A stretch of 15,683 nt of DNA from an uncultured bacterium (GTDB lineage: Bacteria > Krumholzibacteriota > Krumholzibacteriia > Krumholzibacteriales > Krumholzibacteriaceae), in assembly GCA_965371515.1 (NCBI GenBank), contig CBDUYR010000058.1:1-15683 (forward strand). Direction: 5' to 3'. The position numbers and the translations under genes were made by a program. Shown here in pieces: positions 7,855 to 13,382 of the stretch. A model generated the notes under the pieces. The model saw nothing but the letters and a program-made list of their open reading frames with translations. It ran no database searches and had not been told where the DNA came from. How positions within the stretch are numbered: the first letter of the stretch is position 1; each line of letters begins with the position of its first letter.

Positions 7855-9351
7855 ATGGAAAAAGCTGTAAAGCTTCTAAAGGACTCAAAGGCCGCAAGGT
7901 TCTCCGTGCTTTTCCTGATCAGCGTTCTGATGTTCGGAACGTACTGGTTCCAGGATGGCCTCGGACCCTTGAAGTCTCTGTTCGAGAGCCAGCTGGGATT
8001 CACAAGCTCCCAGTTCGGACTCCTCATCAGTTCTACGACATGGGCCAACCTTGCCCTTATGATCATCCTCGGAGGAATAGCCCTCGACCGCTGGGGGATA
8101 CGCAAGGTAGGCATCATCCTCGCTGTTATCGCGACGATCGGCGCTTACGTCGTCTGGGCAGGCAGCATGGGCAAGTTCGGCACGAGCAAGAACCAGATGC
8201 TCTGGTCGATGATCGTCGGACGAATACTCTTCGGAATAGGGCTGGAGACGACGTGCGTGCTTATCAGCCGGACGATCGTCAAATGGTTCAAGGGGAAAGA
8301 GCTCGCGTTCGCTATGGGGATGAACATCGTGGTCGGAAGGCTCGGTAGCTTCATGGCCATATCGTTCAGCCTCGATCTCGGCAAAGCGCTCGGCAATAAT
8401 GTCCTCAGCAACGCGCTGGTCATCTCGGCTTCGATCATCCTCTTCGGCACGCTCCTCTTCATCGCCTACCTCGGCCTCGACAAGAAGCTCGACAAGCAGA
8501 TAGCCGCCGCGGCAGGCGAGGACGGAGAAAAACCGGGCGATGACGAGTTCAAGTTCAGCGACCTCGTGAAGCTGATCACCGACCATTCGTTCATCTATAT
8601 CTCGCTTCTCTGCGTCGCGTTCTACTCGGCAGTCTTCCCGTTCCTCCAGTACGCGCCTGACCTGCTGGTGAACAAGTTCGGGTTCACCTATGTCCTTCCC
8701 GACCTGTCGGGAATGTCGTTCTTCGAAAAGGTAGGCGCATACTTCCATAACGGACCGAAGGTGAGCGGGCTTATCCCGCTCGGAACGATCATCTTCACAC
8801 CGATCTTCGGCATCCTTGTCGACGCCAAGGGCAAGGCCGCCTCGCTGATGATCCTCGGTTCCATCCTGCTTATCTACGCGCACCTTACACTTTCTGTGAT
8901 GAACAACATGGTCCTCGGATACACAGGGCTGTTCGCGCTGGGTGTGGCCTTCTCGCTGGTACCCGCGGCGATGTGGCCGTCGGTCGCCAAGATCGTAGCC
9001 GAGAACAGGCTCGGAACGGCGTACGCGACGATGTTCACGATCCAGAACTACGGGCTGGCGGCATTCTACTTCGGGATCGGCAAGGTCCTCGACATAGTCA
9101 ACCCGACTACTGTCACCCAGATAGCGGCCGCCCGCGAGAAATTTAAGGCTCTGGAATACACGCCGGAACAGATCTCGGAAGGGATCGACGCGATGCGCGT
9201 TTCCGGTGAGATCGCGGCTTACAACTACACGATTCCGATCCTGATGCTGGTGGCGCTCGGTGTGATCTCGATCTACCTCGCCTTCCAGCTCAAGCGCACG
9301 GACAAGAGACAGAACTACGGCCTCGAGCTGCCCTCCGGGCATGGGCAGTAG
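7855..9351 (+). CDS. MFS transporter, MFSD1-like, 498 aa
   Basis: About 12 hydrophobic segments. MFS motif A GIALDRWGIRK and motif B GRILFGIG. C-terminal SLVPAAMWPSVAKIVAENRLGTAY. GGAGAGG SD upstream. Confidence 0.88.
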   Translation: MEKAVKLLKDSKAARFSVLFLISVLMFGTYWFQDGLGPLKSLFESQLGFTSSQFGLLISSTTWANLALMIILGGIALDRWGIRKVGIILAVIATIGAYVVWAGSMGKFGTSKNQMLWSMIVGRILFGIGLETTCVLISRTIVKWFKGKELAFAMGMNIVVGRLGSFMAISFSLDLGKALGNNVLSNALVISASIILFGTLLFIAYLGLDKKLDKQIAAAAGEDGEKPGDDEFKFSDLVKLITDHSFIYISLLCVAFYSAVFPFLQYAPDLLVNKFGFTYVLPDLSGMSFFEKVGAYFHNGPKVSGLIPLGTIIFTPIFGILVDAKGKAASLMILGSILLIYAHLTLSVMNNMVLGYTGLFALGVAFSLVPAAMWPSVAKIVAENRLGTAYATMFTIQNYGLAAFYFGIGKVLDIVNPTTVTQIAAAREKFKALEYTPEQISEGIDAMRVSGEIAAYNYTIPILMLVALGVISIYLAFQLKRTDKRQNYGLELPSGHGQ

Positions 9352-9403
9352 CATCCGTCTGCACATGAAGGCCCGGGCATCGGCACGGACCTGACATCGA
9401 TAG

Positions 9404-9445
9404 AAAAAGAAGAGCCGCCCCGTCGCCGGGGCGGCTCTCTTCATT
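9404..9445. terminator. Intrinsic terminator between convergent genes, probably bidirectional
   Basis: 12-bp stem AGAGCCGCCCCG / CGGGGCGGCTCT with 4-nt loop. TCTTTTT follows on the minus strand; weaker CTTCATT on the plus strand. Confidence 0.85.
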
Positions 9446-9467
9446 CAAGGAGTTTGAACGATCTGCG

Positions 9468-9845
9468 TCACTTGACGCGGATCGTGTCGTACAGGGAGAA
9501 GGGCTCACCGTCCTTGTATTTTCCGGTAAGCTTGAGTCTCGTCGTCGTCGGCTCGACTATCGTTCTGATGTCGTCGGCCGCGAACTTCGCAACGAGATTT
9601 CCCCTGTTGTCACTCTTGACGAAGACAGGCCTTATCAACCCGCCCACTGCGCCGGACATTTCCAGAGAATTCCTGTCAATGTCCCCAAGATTGATCTCGG
9701 TGTGAACAGTCAGTTTCGAACCCTGGTAGTCCAGAACGAACATCGAGGGCGAAACCAACATCGTGTTATCTCCGTACTTTCGTGCTGATGCCGGGGCTGC
9801 GAGGAGCAGTCCCAGGGCGAGCACTATGATGCATTTCCTCAGCAT
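9468..9845 (-). CDS. Small secreted single-domain protein, 125 aa, function unknown
   Basis: GGAGG SD and signal peptide ending ASA. Mature part aligns by eye with the internal domain (217-528) of the sulfotransferase. Followed by the terminator. Confidence 0.8.
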   Translation of the reverse strand: MLRKCIIVLALGLLLAAPASARKYGDNTMLVSPSMFVLDYQGSKLTVHTEINLGDIDRNSLEMSGAVGGLIRPVFVKSDNRGNLVAKFAADDIRTIVEPTTTRLKLTGKYKDGEPFSLYDTIRVK

Positions 9846-9921
9846 GTCTATGCGTCCTCCATCGGTTTTGAAGTTTCAACTCTGGCTGCTGGATGGGTCA
9901 CCCAATCAAGGCTCTATAAAG

Positions 9922-9936
9922 GCAAGCCCCGTGCCC
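9922..9936 (-). promoter_or_regulatory. Sigma54 (RpoN) -24/-12 promoter for the 125-aa protein
   Basis: Minus strand GGGCAC-GGGGC-TTGC versus consensus TGGCAC-N5-TTGC, with exact GG-N10-GC spacing. Confidence 0.7.
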
Positions 9937-9951
9937 GGGGGATGAAAATTG

Positions 9952-9964
9952 ATTCAACGTATTG
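9952..9964. promoter_or_regulatory. Candidate IHF site
   Basis: ATTCAACGTATTG, one mismatch to WATCAANNNNTTR, immediately upstream of the -24 element in an AT-rich stretch. Confidence 0.4.
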
Positions 9965-10013
9965 TGCGGGAAGAGATTATGGATGGCACGGCATCCCGGG
10001 CCAGATGAAAATG

Positions 10014-10130
10014 TGTACCCCCAGGTGCAATCACGACAGGGCGGTTGCTCCCACAGGTTCACCTGCGCCGGCGTAACGTTATAAATGGTAGTGATATACC
10101 CCTATCGGGATCTGTGCGTAAAAATCCGCA
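10014..10130. promoter_or_regulatory. Candidate enhancer (bEBP) binding sites
   Basis: 16-bp imperfect palindromes TGTACCCCCAGGTGCA (10014), TGCTCCCACAGGTTCA (10046) and TGCGTAAAAATCCGCA (10115), upstream of the sigma54 motif. Confidence 0.4.
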
Positions 10131-10167
10131 CTTAAAGGCACCTTTCAGGCCGGTCGAGCAGCGGACG

Positions 10168-10428
10168 TCAATCCTCTACGACCTTGTAGACGTGGTCGTG
10201 AGTCCTGACCCTGTCCTTTACCTTGATGCCGACGTCAGAGCCGACCGGCGCCTCCTCTACCGACTTGTGATCGACCTGCATCGAGGTGATCTTCTGCTTG
10301 AAGTCGGTCGTGTGCCCCTTGAAGTGCAGTGTGTCGCCCACCTTGATCCCTTCAGCGTTCACCTCGATCGCGACAACATCGATATGGGCAAAGTAATCTT
10401 CTACCCTGCCAATCTCAATCTCCGACAT
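10168..10428 (-). CDS. Small translation-factor-type beta-barrel protein (EF-Tu domain II-like / U32 C-terminal-like), 86 aa
   Basis: IGRVEDYFAHIDVVAI..IKVGDTLHFKGHTTDFKQKITSMQVDH..VGIKVKDRVR..DHVYKV; strong GAGGAGGT SD. Confidence 0.85.
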   Translation of the reverse strand: MSEIEIGRVEDYFAHIDVVAIEVNAEGIKVGDTLHFKGHTTDFKQKITSMQVDHKSVEEAPVGSDVGIKVKDRVRTHDHVYKVVED

Positions 10429-10446
10429 GACAACCTCCTCCTGGTT

Positions 10447-10464
10447 TTATTGGATGATCCGCAC
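10447..10464 (-). other. Candidate 5-codon upstream mini-ORF (MRIIQ*)
   Basis: GGGAGGT-5 nt-GTG CGG ATC ATC CAA TAA, ending 6 nt before the SD of the next gene. Confidence 0.35.
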
Positions 10465-10514
10465 GGGTTACCTCCCGTAATTATTTTGAATTACCCGCAG
10501 GTGGAGCCGCTGAA

Positions 10515-10543
10515 AGAATAGCACAGGCAATCTAATATTTGAA
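10515..10543 (-). promoter_or_regulatory. Candidate sigma70 promoter overlapping the porin stop codon
   Basis: TTCAAA-17 nt-TATTCT with extended TG. Confidence 0.4.
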
Positions 10544-11965
10544 GTACAACTCCCATCGCAGGAAGTGGGAGTAGTTACTGCCCTCGGCGTAATAGTCGCC
10601 GGGCATCAGGGCTTCCCAGAGGAAATGCCCGCTGAGATATTCGGTCCAGTTCCACTTCAGTTTGACCGTCGAGAGCGTGCCGCGGAAGTTGCCGTCTCCG
10701 AAGACGGCTTTTTCCGGGTCGGGCGCATCCTCGAACGCCCACATCCAGTAGACCTTCCAGTCGATCTCGACGCGTGGATGAGCCGTCCAGGCGAGATTGA
10801 GCCATCCCGCGCCTATGTTCTCCCAGTAAGCAACGCCCCGCTCGTTGGCGAGTGTGTAGATGTAAAGCTCGCTCCACTTCGGCCAGCGTGAGTAGACCGG
10901 GTTCCACCCCTCGAAGTCCTCGGTCTCGGGATCGTCGCCTGACAGGGCAAAACCACCGAGGCCGATGTCGAGAGGGAGAACATCCCTCGGCATATCGTAG
11001 ATCCCCCACAGGTATCCGCCCCAGGCGATCCTGCTCGCATCGCCGCGGTCGCCGATCTGCGATGCCCACTCGAGACCGAAATCGAACGCGTCCCATGACC
11101 GGCCCGTCGCCCTCGCCCCCACCGTATGGATATTGCTCTCGGGGAATACGCCGTCGGGATCGTCCTCGTTCTTGTAGAAATAGTACGCCTCGAGCTTCTT
11201 GCCGCCGATCGACTCGTCTGTGTAGTAGAGGCCGGCGCCCGTCTCGTCCCACTCGATCAGGTAACGGTCCTGGCTGTTGATGACGGGCAGGTACTCGTCC
11301 TTCTCGGGATTCGATATGAAATGCACGTCGAGCCTGCGCCTGCCCCAGTCGCCCTGGAGCAGCACCGCATTGAAGTACGCCGTCCTCGATCCGTCGAGCG
11401 GGCCGCCGTCCCAGCAGATCAGCCCCTCACCGTAGAAGAGGTTCTGCCGACCGACGATGAACCCGTACGGCGTATAGTTCAGCGTCTTGCCCTGCACGTA
11501 GAGGCTCTCGAATATTAATTCGTTCCAGGTGAAACCCTCACCACTCGGGCCGTCCTGCGGCTTGAGCCACCGGAAATGCTCGTTGGTGAGCATCGCATGG
11601 ACCTTCCACCACTCGTTCGGGTTGTATGTACCCCAGAGCTGCGAGCGGAACCTGAAGAAATGCCAGTCGTCGAAGTTGTCGTCTGTCAGGTCGAACGGAT
11701 TGGCGATATATGTCTCCCTCAGGCGGAAACGAAACCCCCAGTCCCAGGTGGAGATCTTCTCTTCAGGCACGGGAGCGGAGAACGCCTCTGCCGCCTCAGG
11801 CGTGAGTACCGATGCCGTATCGGTGTCCTCCTGTGCGGGGCCGGCATCAGGGCCCTCGCCGGCGAATGCCGCGTCTGCGCAGACGGCGATCAGGGTGACG
11901 AGAATCATTGTAAGGCGCCTCTGCGCCTTTGTCATTTTCGCATTCGCTTCTGGACGTGACATCAC
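10532..11965 (-). CDS. Outer-membrane beta-barrel, alginate export (AlgE-like) family, ~477 aa; true start may be ATG 11962 or later
   Basis: Signal peptide ending AFA. FRFRLRE, GRQNLFYGEG..DG, LSGDDPET..W motifs. Amphipathic aromatic strands and C-terminal WELYFKY beta-signal. GGAAGGAG SD. Confidence 0.8.
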   Translation of the reverse strand: MMSRPEANAKMTKAQRRLTMILVTLIAVCADAAFAGEGPDAGPAQEDTDTASVLTPEAAEAFSAPVPEEKISTWDWGFRFRLRETYIANPFDLTDDNFDDWHFFRFRSQLWGTYNPNEWWKVHAMLTNEHFRWLKPQDGPSGEGFTWNELIFESLYVQGKTLNYTPYGFIVGRQNLFYGEGLICWDGGPLDGSRTAYFNAVLLQGDWGRRRLDVHFISNPEKDEYLPVINSQDRYLIEWDETGAGLYYTDESIGGKKLEAYYFYKNEDDPDGVFPESNIHTVGARATGRSWDAFDFGLEWASQIGDRGDASRIAWGGYLWGIYDMPRDVLPLDIGLGGFALSGDDPETEDFEGWNPVYSRWPKWSELYIYTLANERGVAYWENIGAGWLNLAWTAHPRVEIDWKVYWMWAFEDAPDPEKAVFGDGNFRGTLSTVKLKWNWTEYLSGHFLWEALMPGDYYAEGSNYSHFLRWELYFKY

Positions 11966-12181
11966 GCTCCTTCCAGGGCGGCGGTGCTTCCATAATCCCT
12001 TTTACAGCCGAACTATAAAGGAAAATTGTTTTTCACCGCTATATAAATGTGTTATTTTGAGAATAGCGGACCGCTGAACGTTACGGTGGCGGTTGCCCCG
12101 CCTCCGGTCTACGACGCGCTTCGGTTTCGCACCACCCACCTGTCCCGCACGCACGAGGCACCGCACCGGAAGGAGCGCGCC

Positions 12182-12355
12182 GTGAGAATGCACATCTCTG
12201 TTCTTTTCCTGCTTACAATCATCACGGTCCTCTGGTCGGCACCATCGGTCTGTTCCGGGAAAAATCTGCCGGAAGGCGCGGCGGCAGTCGCCGCGGCAGT
12301 TATGATATTTTGCGGGGGAATAGGTATTATTGCCCAAATCGAAGGAGGGCCTTGA
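12182..12355 (+). CDS. Possible small hydrophobic protein (57 aa) or 5' remnant of a secreted-protein gene
   Basis: AAGGAG SD 6 nt before GTG. MRMHISVLFLLTIITVLWSAPSVCSG is signal-peptide-like. Second hydrophobic stretch AAAVAAAVMIFCGGIGII. Confidence 0.4.
   Translation: MRMHISVLFLLTIITVLWSAPSVCSGKNLPEGAAAVAAAVMIFCGGIGIIAQIEGGP
12260..12299. terminator. GC-rich terminator-like hairpin
   Basis: Inner CGCGGCG/CGCCGCG and outer CTGCC/GGCAG pairing; ATTTTT follows on the minus strand. Confidence 0.35.
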
Positions 12356-12361
12356 ATATTA

Positions 12362-12390
12362 TTGAGCGGCGGAGAGGCCGGTAATATAAT
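12362..12390 (+). promoter_or_regulatory. Sigma70-type promoter
   Basis: TTGAGC-17 nt-TATAAT with an AT-rich upstream tract. Confidence 0.7.
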
Positions 12391-12396
12391 TCAGTT

Positions 12397-12490
12397 GTAA
12401 CGGAAATCCCTAGAGGCGAAGGTTGGGACCTTCCGGGTAACCTCAAGGGATAGGGGAGGTGTGTGCAGGACGCGCCTCCCCGCTTATTAT
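12397..12490 (+). ncRNA. Candidate structured small RNA or attenuator leader, family not recognised
   Basis: Starts just after the promoter. Hairpin 1 (12406-12451): ATCCCT/AGGGAT, GAGG/CCTC, GAAGGT-TGGG-ACCTTC. Hairpin 2 (12453-12481): GGGGAGGTGTGT/ACGCGCCTCCCC, then GCTTATTAT. Confidence 0.5.
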
Positions 12491-12517
12491 AAGGCATGTA
12501 ACCGAACGCAGCATCCG

Positions 12518-12526
12518 TGATAGAAT
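12518..12526 (+). promoter_or_regulatory. Extended -10 promoter for the methyltransferase unit
   Basis: TG-A-TAGAAT followed 6 nt later by an ATG. Confidence 0.55.
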
Positions 12527-12532
12527 GCCGCC

Positions 12533-12583
12533 ATGCATGTGAATTCCACCACGGCAGACCGAACGGTAACTGAACGATCATGA
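12533..12583 (+). other. Candidate leaderless uORF MHVNSTTADRTVTERS* (16 aa)
   Basis: ATG at the expected transcription start; its TGA (12581-12583) overlaps the methyltransferase ATG (12580-12582). Confidence 0.45.
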
Positions 12584-13320
12584 CAACAAGAGACGAAGAC
12601 AACGCGACCTACATCTGCGATATGGAACATCTCTGCTCCCCCGAGGGACAGAAGTTCCTCGAGCAGAAGTACAGCGGCAGGCTGAAGCACCTGAAGAATT
12701 ATTTCGGGGAGAGGTTCACGGAGATCAGGCTGCTCGACGTCGGCATCGGATACGGGATGTTCCTCAAGGCTCTCGAAGAGCTGGGCGTGAGCGACCTGCA
12801 CGGGATGGACCCGTTCGTAAAGTCGATAGAGATCTCGAGCCACAACACGTCGGCGACGCTCTCAGAGGGCGACATCACCGACGAGAACTGGCCTGTGGAG
12901 AAAGGCTCGTTCGATGCTGTCACCTGCCTTGACGTCGTCGAGCATCTCGAAAGGCCGGCGGTCTTCTTCGAGAAAGTAAAGGAGTACGTCCGCGAAGGCG
13001 GGATCGTCATCGTGACCACTCCTAACGGCCAGCTGCCGTACAGGATGCGCTCGATCCCCCTCATCGGGTTCAAGGACAGGAATCCGACCCACGTCAACGT
13101 CCACCCCCCGAAATACTGGAGACGCCTCGCCCTCGAGAACGGATTCGAGATCCTGACCGAGTGGAAGGGAGAATACCTCACCCACATCAGGCTCATCCCG
13201 AAAGTCCTTATGTTCCTCTGCCGCTTACTGCGCCTCGACCACCGCAGGATACCGTTCGTAAATTCCTTCGAGCAGTCGTACGGGATGATCCTCAGGCCGG
13301 CAAGTGATCGAGACGATTGA
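12580..13320 (+). CDS. Class I SAM-dependent methyltransferase, 246 aa
   Basis: Motif I LLDVGIGYG, LHGMD, SFDAVTCLDVVEHL, GGIVIVTTPN, PTHVN. Confidence 0.88.
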   Translation: MTTRDEDNATYICDMEHLCSPEGQKFLEQKYSGRLKHLKNYFGERFTEIRLLDVGIGYGMFLKALEELGVSDLHGMDPFVKSIEISSHNTSATLSEGDITDENWPVEKGSFDAVTCLDVVEHLERPAVFFEKVKEYVREGGIVIVTTPNGQLPYRMRSIPLIGFKDRNPTHVNVHPPKYWRRLALENGFEILTEWKGEYLTHIRLIPKVLMFLCRLLRLDHRRIPFVNSFEQSYGMILRPASDRDD

Positions 13321-13364
13321 TCGTTTGAGGTCTTCGAGAGAGCCTTTCTTTAATTACCCTCATG

Positions 13365-13373
13365 TGTTATAAT
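13365..13373 (+). promoter_or_regulatory. Extended -10 promoter 9 nt before the peptidase start
   Basis: TG-T-TATAAT-gagttacgt-ATG; no SD. Confidence 0.6.
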
Positions 13374-13382
13374 GAGTTACGT

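Noticed and set aside
7885..9444. 519-aa antisense ORF opposite the MFS gene
   Set aside because: Shadow frame expected from biased high-GC codon usage; no recognisable motifs, and it starts inside the terminator
9984..9998. TGGCACG on the plus strand as a second sigma54 promoter
   Set aside because: No TTGC/GC at the -12 position and no credible downstream plus-strand gene
10045..10521. 158-aa plus-strand ORF
   Set aside because: Antisense to the well-supported 86-aa gene and its regulatory regions; no motif support
12047..12181. N-terminal extension of the 102-aa ORF 12047..12355
   Set aside because: Starts within AT-rich promoter-like DNA with no SD; GTG 12182 has a proper SD and a signal-like N-terminus
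12397..12490. Identification of the structured RNA as tRNA, SRP RNA, or SAM-I, SAM-II, fluoride or c-di-GMP riboswitch
   Set aside because: Lacks a cloverleaf and T-loop, lacks the SRP CAGG/AGCAG loop, and does not match the riboswitch consensus elements I can recall
12500..12576. Short repeats ACCGAACG / ACCGAACG / ACTGAACG
   Set aside because: Only 8 bp and irregularly spaced; not a CRISPR or iteron pattern
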